Assembly: GCA_965217175.1 (NCBI GenBank)
Contig: OZ244251.1
Location: 3,346,686-3,410,685, forward strand
DNA length: 64,000 nt
Reading direction: 5' to 3'
Source: Dehalococcoidia bacterium
Lineage (GTDB): Bacteria; Chloroflexota; Dehalococcoidia; Lucifugimonadales; UBA3495
The stretch's first letter is position 1. Every line of letters starts with the position of its first letter. This document shows, one piece after another, positions 56,703-64,000 of the stretch. The translations under genes were made by a program, and so were the position numbers. The notes below the pieces were generated by a model that saw only the letters and a program-made list of their open reading frames with translations, was not told where the DNA came from and did not search any database.

Positions 56703-58403
56703 ATGGTTGATGAAAGGTATTCTGACCTAACGTCGCATCTGAGTCAGTGGCAATCCGCAGTACCCGCTCCGGGACTTGCGCTGGTCATCACTGACCGACG
56801 ACACACCTTGTACACAGCCAGGCTTGGCTACGCCGACGTATCAGCCCGTCAACCAGTGCTCGCCGACACCACTTTTCAGATCGGCAGCATTGGCAAGTCC
56901 ATGACTTCCCTCGCATTGATGCAACACGTTGAATCCGGCCGCCTCGACCTGAACGCGCCGTTGAGTACGCATCTTCCCTGGTTCGCGTTCCCCTCCAACT
57001 TCGGTCCCGTAACACTCCGCCACGTGATGAGTCACACGGCCGGGTTACCCTCAGGGACAGATTTCACCCCAGCGTCCCGCTATGAAGGTTACGCGCTGCG
57101 CTACACGCAGGCCGCATGGGAGCCCGGTGATCGGTTCCATTACTCCAACACTGGCTACAAGCTATTGGGATGGTTGTTGGAGGACTTGGAGAACGCTCCG
57201 TATGCAACCGTCCTGCGCCGCCGTGTGCTGGAACCGGTGGGCATGACCAAAACCGACCCTGTTGCCGCTCATGCCAATCGCCACCGCTTGGCCACCGGGT
57301 ACGTGCCGCTCCATGACGATCGCCCGTATCGCATTGGTGACACACTGATCCCAGCGACATGGATGGAATATAACGCCGGCGACGGCAGTCCGGCAGCCAC
57401 GATTGAAGATATGGCAAGCTATGCCCGGCTTTGGCTTAACGGTGGTCGCGTGGGGCAAAGGGCGCTGGTTTCTGCCACATCATTTCAACAAATGACCTCG
57501 CCTGTTATCGCCATGAATCGGGGCGAGCAATATGAGCACGACTACGGTTACGGGTTCGGAATCATTTCACACCAGGTTGACGGCCACCGATTTATTGGCC
57601 ACGGAGGAAGCACGGTAGGATTTCGGGCCATTATGTTGGTGGACCAAACCGATTCGCTGGCGGTCGCGTTGTTGTGCACCGGCTCGGACGTGGACACATA
57701 TACACCAGCGCACTACGCGCTACAGGTAGCGGCCGCACTTCGCGACGGGTTGCCGATGCCCTCACCGCCCGGCGCTCCCAACCGCGAAGAGGTTCCCAAC
57801 GCTAATCGGTATGCCGGCGATTTCATCAATGAGGTTTCCGGGTCTCGGCTCAGCATCAGGAACGAAGCCAACCGTTTGATACTTGACGCACATTCCCCGG
57901 ATCGGTCCCCGGTACTTGCCGGCGTCCGTTTGCAGCACATCTCAGGCGAGACCATTGTGGTACCCGCTGATTCCTTCGACCCGTTCCCCCTCCGGTTCCG
58001 GTTCCAGGGTTCTGCTGGATCTGCGTCTACGGCCGATGAAGTTCACCATGGTGGAGACGTATACATCAGGGCGGACGCATCCCCAACCGTTGACGTTGTT
58101 CCGTATCCCCGAACCTGGGAGGCCGTGCCTGGCCACTATCGCAGCCACGCTCCGTACGTATCCAATTTCTGGATCTACCTGCGCCGGGGACGGCTGTATC
58201 TGGCGTGGCCGAACGGCGGCGAGGAAACATTGACCGAAGAGACTTTGACCGGAAAAACGTACAGCCAACACGAGACCGGGTGGTTCGGCGTCGGCCCGGC
58301 TGGAGAACCCACGGCAGAACGGATCAAATTCGGACCTGTAGTGGCGGGCAAAGCGCTGCGGGCCAGGTGGACTGGCGGTGGGGATTTCTACCGCGTGAGC
58401 TGA
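56703..58403 (+). CDS. serine hydrolase of the beta-lactamase/penicillin-binding-protein (class C-like) family with a C-terminal extension
   Basis: SxxK motif in TFQIGSIGKSMTSLALM, YSN motif (HYSNTGYKLLG), HGG (GHGGSTVGF). 5-nt gap after the J-domain gene and no own RBS, so translational coupling is likely. Confidence 0.85.
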   Translation: MVDERYSDLTSHLSQWQSAVPAPGLALVITDRRHTLYTARLGYADVSARQPVLADTTFQIGSIGKSMTSLALMQHVESGRLDLNAPLSTHLPWFAFPSNFGPVTLRHVMSHTAGLPSGTDFTPASRYEGYALRYTQAAWEPGDRFHYSNTGYKLLGWLLEDLENAPYATVLRRRVLEPVGMTKTDPVAAHANRHRLATGYVPLHDDRPYRIGDTLIPATWMEYNAGDGSPAATIEDMASYARLWLNGGRVGQRALVSATSFQQMTSPVIAMNRGEQYEHDYGYGFGIISHQVDGHRFIGHGGSTVGFRAIMLVDQTDSLAVALLCTGSDVDTYTPAHYALQVAAALRDGLPMPSPPGAPNREEVPNANRYAGDFINEVSGSRLSIRNEANRLILDAHSPDRSPVLAGVRLQHISGETIVVPADSFDPFPLRFRFQGSAGSASTADEVHHGGDVYIRADASPTVDVVPYPRTWEAVPGHYRSHAPYVSNFWIYLRRGRLYLAWPNGGEETLTEETLTGKTYSQHETGWFGVGPAGEPTAERIKFGPVVAGKALRARWTGGGDFYRVS

Positions 58404-58489
58404 TTCCCTGTCACATCCCGCCGATGGGATTCTTCACGTCCGGCGGTAGTATCAGTCTGGCGATATGGTTTAACCCACGCGTTGGCGAA

Positions 58490-58879
58490 CTAGAGCTGGC
58501 CGATATACTCTTCGTACGCGGCGGCATTCAGCAGCGTATCCAGCTCCGACGCATCGCTGATTTTGACCCTGAGCATCCACCCGTCGCCGAACGGATCATT
58601 ATTGACCAACTCCGGCTCGCGGGCCAACCTGGCATTGACCTCCATCACATCTCCGCTCACGGGCGAAAAGAGGTCGGAAACAGCCTTGACTGATTCAATC
58701 TCACCCATCTTCGCCAGGTGACCTACGCTGGCTCCGATTGCGGGTAATTCCAGATACACAACGTCACCCAACTGGTCCTGGGCGTAGTGGGTTATGCCCA
58801 CCAACGCCAGACCCGCAGAACCGTCCTCCAAAAGGACCCATTCGTGCTCGCGAGTGTATTTTCGGTCTTTGGGATTCAC
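58490..58879 (-). CDS. gcvH: glycine cleavage system H protein
   Basis: NPKDRKYTREHEWVLLEDG...GITHYAQDQLGDVVYLELP..., lipoyl-lysine motif EIESVKAVSDLFSPVSG, ...NNDPFGDGWM. I prefer the GTG start at 58879 (129 aa, GGAGGA 10 nt upstream). The alternative ATG 58927 lies 2 nt after the gcvT stop. Confidence 0.9.
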   Translation of the reverse strand: MNPKDRKYTREHEWVLLEDGSAGLALVGITHYAQDQLGDVVYLELPAIGASVGHLAKMGEIESVKAVSDLFSPVSGDVMEVNARLAREPELVNNDPFGDGWMLRVKISDASELDTLLNAAAYEEYIGQL

Positions 58880-58929
58880 GTTGTTTACATCCTCCAGCGA
58901 TTGAATGAAGCGAGGCGGTCGATCCATCG

Positions 58930-60081
58930 CTACGACGGGCGTTTGTAGAAGGGCAGTTCCGCCGTGGCAGCCGGCGCTGCGCGGCCGCGTATATCCACCG
59001 TGAGTTCTGCATCGACACTGTCCGAGTCGACGAAAGCCATAGCGATGCATTTTTCCAGCGTGGGGGAGTAACTGCCGCTGCTAATAACTCCAACCACGGC
59101 GCCGTTAGCGAATACCTCGTACCCGGCGCGAGGAGCGCTGCGACCGGGCAAAGTCAGGCCGACCAGCTGACGCGGCGTGCCGTACACCCTTTGGTGGTCG
59201 AGGACATCGGCCCCGTTGAATCCGCCATCGCGCCGTACAAAACGGCCCATTCCGGCTTCGATCGGGGAAATGTCGTCCGCCAATTCGTGACCGTGCAATG
59301 GCAACCCCGCCTCCAATCTCAATACGTCGCGGGCTCCCAGGCCACAGGCCACTGCCCCGGCGGCGCAAAGTTGTTCCCAAATAACGGGGGCGTCGCCTGA
59401 ACCCAAAGCAATCTCGAAGCCGTCCTCTCCGGTGTATCCGGTGCGGCCAACGAACACCCTGCGGCCGTCGATGTGGCCGCGACCCCAGGAAAACGGTCGC
59501 AGCGTTGACGGGACCGGCGATCGGCCCGGGTTGTGCGCCACACGGGTGCCCGGCGAAAAATCTTCGCAGATACGGTCGATTATCTCGGCAGCTGATGGGC
59601 CCTGTAAGGCTATCAGCCCCGTGGCAATGGTCCGGTCCGTAATCTGCACTCCCCTGCCGTCGAAATGCTGGGCAAGCTGCCTATCGAACCACAGTGAAAC
59701 CCCCGGCCGATTGCCGGCATTGGGGATGAGCAAAAATTCGTCCTCGGACAACCGGTAGAAGATGGTGTCGTCAATTACGCCGCCGTCTTCTTTGCAGATG
59801 AAACAGTACCGCGCCCGGCCAACCCTGAGACCCGACGCTGATCCCGTCAGAAGAATGTCCAACAGAGCAGCGGCGTTGGGGCCATCCAGGTGTAAGCGAC
59901 CCATGTGAGAGACATCGAACAATCCGGCGCCATTGCGAACGGCAGCAACCTCGTTGATGATGCCCCCATACTGCACGGGCATATCCCATCCGCCGAACGG
60001 CACCATACGGGCCCCCAAGGCTACGTGGGTGTCAAACAACGCCGTGCGCAGGTTCTCTGTATTAGGGGATTCTGCAGTCAT
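58930..60081 (-). CDS. gcvT: glycine cleavage system aminomethyltransferase T
   Basis: LRTALFDTHVALGARMVPFGGWDMPVQYGGIINEVAAVRNGAGLFDVSHMGRL...TGYTGEDGFEI... Confidence 0.95.
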   Translation of the reverse strand: MTAESPNTENLRTALFDTHVALGARMVPFGGWDMPVQYGGIINEVAAVRNGAGLFDVSHMGRLHLDGPNAAALLDILLTGSASGLRVGRARYCFICKEDGGVIDDTIFYRLSEDEFLLIPNAGNRPGVSLWFDRQLAQHFDGRGVQITDRTIATGLIALQGPSAAEIIDRICEDFSPGTRVAHNPGRSPVPSTLRPFSWGRGHIDGRRVFVGRTGYTGEDGFEIALGSGDAPVIWEQLCAAGAVACGLGARDVLRLEAGLPLHGHELADDISPIEAGMGRFVRRDGGFNGADVLDHQRVYGTPRQLVGLTLPGRSAPRAGYEVFANGAVVGVISSGSYSPTLEKCIAMAFVDSDSVDAELTVDIRGRAAPAATAELPFYKRPS

Positions 60082-60261
60082 CGTATCTTCTATGTTATGA
60101 CGGTTGAGTGGTCAGCCTGCGATTCATCATACCGCCCTGATGGGGAGCGTGCAATGATTGTGACCAGGCCGATCTCCGGTTCGATATGTTATCATTACTG
60201 ACCAAATCAAGCCGGGCCCAGGGAAGATTTCTGATCGACCGCCGGAGCGTCTGAGGATAGA

Positions 60262-60684
60262 ATGCCGCGACTTACATCACAGGAGATCGACGCATACCTC
60301 GCCGGCGCTCATGTCGCCCACTTCGCCTCGATCCGTCAGGACGGCACACCACACATATCGCCAGTTTGGTACCGATGGGAAGACGGTAAAGTCACCGTTG
60401 TTTCCGGCGCCTCTGCAGTGAAAACGCGGAATGTGCTCCAAAATCCCAAGGTTGCAATCTCCGTGGCCACCGACGAATGGCCTTACCAGTATGTGATTCT
60501 GGAAGGCGATGCTACCGTGGAGAACTCCGATCTGCGTGATACGGTACGCAGCATCTTTTCCCGCTATGAGGGGACAGAACGCGGCGCACAGGACGCTGAC
60601 GAACTGACCAAAAGCGACCAGCGACTCGTTGCAATTATAGTTGACGTCAATCGTGTTATGTCCTGGAAAGGTGTCGACGAATAA
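60262..60684 (+). CDS. pyridoxamine 5'-phosphate oxidase-family protein (PPOX class, possibly F420-dependent)
   Basis: IDAYLAGAHVAHFASIRQDGTPHISPVWYRWEDGKVTVVSGASAVKTRNVLQNPKVAISVATDEWPYQYVILEGDA: split-barrel PNPOx-like pattern. The cofactor is not determinable from sequence by eye. Confidence 0.75.
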   Translation: MPRLTSQEIDAYLAGAHVAHFASIRQDGTPHISPVWYRWEDGKVTVVSGASAVKTRNVLQNPKVAISVATDEWPYQYVILEGDATVENSDLRDTVRSIFSRYEGTERGAQDADELTKSDQRLVAIIVDVNRVMSWKGVDE

Positions 60685-61861
60685 TCCATTGCCTGGCTCT
60701 GCCGATGTAGTGATCATCGGTGGCGGCGTCATAGGCTGCGCTATCCAGTACCACCTGGCGCAACTGGGTGTCTCCAACACGGTTCTGCTTGAACGCGACG
60801 TGCTGGGTTCCGGCAGCACCGGTCGGTCTCAGGCGATCTGTCGCATGCATTACTCCAACCCGATTACCGCGACCCTGGCGTGGCAGAGTCTTCAGGTTTT
60901 CACCGAGTTCGACGAGATAGTGGGCGGAGAGTCCGGTTTCGTACGTACCGGTTACCTGGTGGTGGTGAAAGATGACGACCGCGCCGGGTTGCAACGCAAC
61001 GTAGCATTGCTGCAGGAATTGGGGATCGACACCTCGGTGGTCACTCAGGATGACGTGAGCCGACTGGCCCCGGCGATTCGATTGTACGACGATGAACACG
61101 CAGCCTGGGAACCCCTTTCCGGGTACGCCAATCCGCATCAGGTTACCGTTTCTTACGCCGCCCGCTCGCGGGAAGCGGGAGCACACATTTCAATGCGCAA
61201 CCCCGCCGCCAGTATCGTGTATGACGGCCGCCGGGTTCAGGCAGTAACCACCCAGAACGGCGAACGCATTGCGACCGAAACCGTGATAATCGCCGCCGGA
61301 CCGTGGTCATCCCGCCTGTTGTCTGCCATCGGCGTAGAAGTCCCGCTGTTGCCGGTGCGCCATCAGGTGGCGACAGTCGCCCGTCCCATCGAACGGGTGC
61401 CCCACCATCCCACGGTTGGCGACATCAGCCAATCGTTTTCCTTCCGGCCAGACGGGTCTGCATTTACCATGATGGGATTCGGCAACGATGAAGAGCAGCC
61501 GAATCCTGATTCCTATCCTGAGGGCATAGACCCGGCCGACGCCGCGTCTGCAATCTCCCGGTTGGGTCGACGCATGCCGGGTATGGAGGATTCCTACTAC
61601 CGGGGAGGTTGGTCGGGATTGTTTACAACCACGCCCGACTGGCACCCGGTACTGGACGCGGTTTCTGGCGTAGATGGTCTTTATTGCGCCGTGGGGTTCA
61701 GTGGCCACGGGTTCAAGCTGTCGCCGGCCATCGGGAAAGCCGTGGCTGAGCTGGTGGTGGAACAACGAGCCAGAGACGTTGACCTCACTCCCCTGCGTCT
61801 GGACCGATTCCGGGACGGCGATTTGCTGGAATCAAGTTATCGTTATAGAGTATTGGCATAG
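60671..61861 (+). CDS. FAD-dependent oxidoreductase (DAO family; sarcosine oxidase beta / glycine-D-amino-acid oxidase-like)
   Basis: ADVVIIGGGVIGCAIQYHLAQLG...LLERDVLGSGSTGRSQAICRMHY, C-terminal ...GFSGHGFKLSPAIGKAVAELV. The start is uncertain: GTG 60671 is chosen, and the maximal TTG ORF starts at 60641 and overlaps the previous gene. Confidence 0.82.
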   Translation: MSTNNPLPGSADVVIIGGGVIGCAIQYHLAQLGVSNTVLLERDVLGSGSTGRSQAICRMHYSNPITATLAWQSLQVFTEFDEIVGGESGFVRTGYLVVVKDDDRAGLQRNVALLQELGIDTSVVTQDDVSRLAPAIRLYDDEHAAWEPLSGYANPHQVTVSYAARSREAGAHISMRNPAASIVYDGRRVQAVTTQNGERIATETVIIAAGPWSSRLLSAIGVEVPLLPVRHQVATVARPIERVPHHPTVGDISQSFSFRPDGSAFTMMGFGNDEEQPNPDSYPEGIDPADAASAISRLGRRMPGMEDSYYRGGWSGLFTTTPDWHPVLDAVSGVDGLYCAVGFSGHGFKLSPAIGKAVAELVVEQRARDVDLTPLRLDRFRDGDLLESSYRYRVLA

Positions 61862-62063
61862 GAAGCCCTGCTCATTGAAGTGCGCAAACGGGGAATGTCT
61901 CCTCGTCCGGTCCCATGGTTGTAACCACCAGAACGGATTGCGCCTGAACCAGAGCCGCCGGTTCCCGGTCCTTTTCCGGAACGGATACGGGCAAAAAAAC
62001 CGGGTCACCATCAACCAGGCGCGCCGCATGGCACGTCGTCTGAAACTAACGGAGCAACCCAAC

Positions 62064-63389
62064 ATGGTTACCGAATTTCAGTCTCATTACATCCCTAACA
62101 CTGTGGCTGAGCAGATGCAACTGCTGGATTCCATTGGTTTGGGAACCATCGATGACCTCTTTCTAGATATTCCCGACGCTTACCGGAATCCTTCTCTGGA
62201 TCTGCCGGGTCCCATGTCCGAGCTTGATATTCAACGAGAACTCGGGGAATTGGCATCCAGAAACCGGCCCCTGGCCAGCGGCCCTTCGTTTCTGGGCGCC
62301 GGGTGTTACCACCATTTCATTCCCGCGATAGTGAAAGCCCTGATGACCCGCGGCGAGTTCCTCACCGCATACACTCCATATCAACCGGAGGTATCTCAAG
62401 GAACTTTGCAGGTCATTTTTGAATTCCAAACCATGATTAGCGCTCTTTACGGGATGGAGGTGGCTAACGCCGGGATGTACGACGGAGCCACCAGCCTCGC
62501 CGAAGCGACACTGATGGCCTGCCGGGTTACCGGGCGAAATCGCCTGGTCGTCTGCGACAGTGTGGCGCCTTCATATCGTCAGGTAATAGCCACCTATTGC
62601 CAGGCTCAGGGTATCACCATCGATGTGGTCACTACCGCCGACGCCGGAGGGGTGGCCAATGAAGCCACCGCTGGGATTGTGGCTCAATATCCCAACTTCT
62701 TCGGGACGCTTGACGACCTGGCCGCGCTCGGAGACGCCATCCATGGCGAGGGCGGTCTCCTGGTAGTGTCGGCCGATCCGCTGGCGATGGGCATGTTGCG
62801 CCCACCGGGTGCATTCGGAGCCGACATCGTCGCCGGTGAGGGTCAACCTTTGGGCATACCGCCATCATTCGGCGGTCCGTATCTGGGTCTGTTCAGTTGC
62901 AAACAGCAATACATTCGCCAAATGCCCAGCCGATTGGTGGGTCGCACCACTGATACCGAAGGCCGCACCGGCTACGTGCTCACGCTGCAAACCCGCGAAC
63001 AGCATATTCGGAGGGAACGCGCAACGTCCAACATCTGTACCAACGAAGCCCTGTACGCGCTGGCGTCGTCGATATACCTGGCAGCCATGGGTCGCCACGG
63101 GCTCCGGCAGGTGGCAGAGCTGTGCTACCACAAATCCCACTACGCCGCCCAGCAAATCAACAACCTGCCGGGTTACTCGTTGCCGGTGGAAGGCGAGTTC
63201 TTTCAGGAGTTTGTGGTGTCCTGCCCAATTGACCCGTCAGCCGTGAACCTTCAGTTGATGGAGCGCAATATTTTAGGCGGGTTGGACGTAAGCGACCGGT
63301 TCAACAACGGAATGTTGCTGTGCGTAACTGAAATGAATACCAAATCGGACATCGACCAATTGGTCGATGTCCTGGCCACAATCGGGTAA
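62064..63389 (+). CDS. gcvPA: glycine dehydrogenase (aminomethyl-transferring) subunit 1
   Basis: HYIPNTVAEQMQLLDSIGLGTIDDLFLDIP..., FLGAGCYHHFIPAIV..., TAYTPYQPEVSQGTLQ..., ...REQHIRRERATSNICTN. ATG 62064 behind GGAG. The ORF-track N-terminal extension from 61674 overlaps the DAO gene. Confidence 0.93.
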   Translation: MVTEFQSHYIPNTVAEQMQLLDSIGLGTIDDLFLDIPDAYRNPSLDLPGPMSELDIQRELGELASRNRPLASGPSFLGAGCYHHFIPAIVKALMTRGEFLTAYTPYQPEVSQGTLQVIFEFQTMISALYGMEVANAGMYDGATSLAEATLMACRVTGRNRLVVCDSVAPSYRQVIATYCQAQGITIDVVTTADAGGVANEATAGIVAQYPNFFGTLDDLAALGDAIHGEGGLLVVSADPLAMGMLRPPGAFGADIVAGEGQPLGIPPSFGGPYLGLFSCKQQYIRQMPSRLVGRTTDTEGRTGYVLTLQTREQHIRRERATSNICTNEALYALASSIYLAAMGRHGLRQVAELCYHKSHYAAQQINNLPGYSLPVEGEFFQEFVVSCPIDPSAVNLQLMERNILGGLDVSDRFNNGMLLCVTEMNTKSDIDQLVDVLATIG

Positions 63390-63452
63390 TGCGATCGGTT
63401 TTGGTTACTCGAGATTCATTGGCACGGAACCTAACGGGAGACATACTGCAAG

Positions 63453-64000
63453 ATGATGAATAAAGGCGGAAATAGAGACACTTCCCGTCTGCTGATGGAT
63501 CGGAGTGTGCCCGGTCGGGTTGGAACGATCGCACCCACATTGGATGTGCCGGCTGCCCCCATGCCGGATCCCGCGTTTCTGCGCGATGATCTGCCGCTGC
63601 CTGAAGTGTCGGAACCCGAAGTGGTGCAGTACTTCACCACGCTGAGTCAACTGAACTTCAGCATCGACACCCATTTCTACCCGCTCGGTTCGTGCACGAT
63701 GAAGTACAACCCGAAGATCAATGACGATATGGCGTTTCTGGCCGGATTTGCCGGCATTCATCCCCTGCAACCTACCGCCCAGGCCCAGGGAGCGTTGGAA
63801 TTGCTCTACCGGCTCCAGGATTGGCTGGCGGAAATAACCGGAATGGCCAACACCAGCCTGGCCACTCTGGCCGGCGCCCACGGCGAATTGGCCGGCGTAT
63901 TGATGATGCGCGCATACCACCTGGCACGCGGCGACGCTGGCCGCACCAAAATGGCCATACCCGACAGCGCCCACGGCACCAACCCGGCATCGGCGGCAAT
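63453..64000 (+). CDS. gcvPB: glycine dehydrogenase (aminomethyl-transferring) subunit 2 (N-terminal part; runs off the right edge)
   Basis: My own translation from ATG 63453: MMNKGGNRDTSRLLMDRSVPGR...LPEVSEPEVVQYFTTLSQLNFSIDTHFYPLGSCTMKYNPKIND...IPDSAHGTNPASAA, with no stop up to 64000. It is not in the ORF track because it is open-ended. Confidence 0.9.
   Translation, partial: MMNKGGNRDTSRLLMDRSVPGRVGTIAPTLDVPAAPMPDPAFLRDDLPLPEVSEPEVVQYFTTLSQLNFSIDTHFYPLGSCTMKYNPKINDDMAFLAGFAGIHPLQPTAQAQGALELLYRLQDWLAEITGMANTSLATLAGAHGELAGVLMMRAYHLARGDAGRTKMAIPDSAHGTNPASAA

Noticed and set aside
60082-60261. Possible glycine riboswitch in the gcvT leader
   Set aside because: The minus-strand leader contains GGAGA and a ...CCCCAUCAGGGCGG... 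stretch. It lacks the conserved CCGAAGG(G/A)GCAA core, and I could not draw the P1-P3 architecture. It should still be scanned with RF00504.
61862-62063. Possible glycine riboswitch upstream of gcvPA
   Set aside because: I saw no GGAGAG...CCGAAGGGGCAA...CUCUCAGGCAAAAGGAC elements, only short unrelated hairpins.

Overview
GC-rich bacterial chromosomal segment. I see no rRNA, CRISPR array, phage, integrase or transposase genes. It holds about 55 well-supported protein genes, one tRNA-Pro(GGG), a few hairpin terminators and a small dispersed repeat family. Left part (1-18 kb): ogt, a MoxR-DUF58-transglutaminase operon, two thioredoxin-fold lipoproteins, DUF3500, comM, a DUF3090 + SCO1664-family pair, a HAD phosphatase and modABC. 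Centre (about 18.7-48.6 kb): a dense array of oxidoreductases and hydrolases in which I recognise no transcription factor. It contains three LLM flavin oxidoreductases (a fourth, F420-type, lies at 53.8 kb), two paralogous GMC oxidoreductases, an epoxide hydrolase, an SGNH hydrolase, a TPP enzyme, a MetE-like protein, a nitroreductase, a crotonase, alpha/beta hydrolases, two amidohydrolases, an SMP-30 lactonase, a lone Rieske oxygenase and a three-subunit XDH-family molybdoenzyme. Right part: an AapJQMP-like amino-acid ABC transporter, an SDR, the tRNA, a short DnaJ-like protein, a beta-lactamase-like hydrolase and the glycine cleavage genes (gcvT-gcvH divergent from PPOX-DAO-gcvPA-gcvPB); glyA lies 20 kb away. 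The gene content (LLM/F420 enzymes, lipoproteins with long low-complexity tethers, DUF3090/SCO1664) suggests a monoderm such as a marine SAR202-type Chloroflexota. That attribution is inference only. Most notable observations: (1) a TlpA/ResA-like lipoprotein has a single in-frame UGA exactly at the first Cys of its CxxC motif, followed by a SECIS-like hairpin, making it a candidate selenoprotein; (2) a 162-bp MITE-like element has terminal inverted repeats and a 9-bp target-site duplication, with two related copies elsewhere; (3) an alpha/beta hydrolase has a 1-nt frameshift; (4) the DUF3090/SCO1664 pair has a leaderless-type promoter. I did not find a clear-cut new multi-gene system (defence, CRISPR-like or biosynthetic cluster). 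The candidates for novelty are listed with their caveats.
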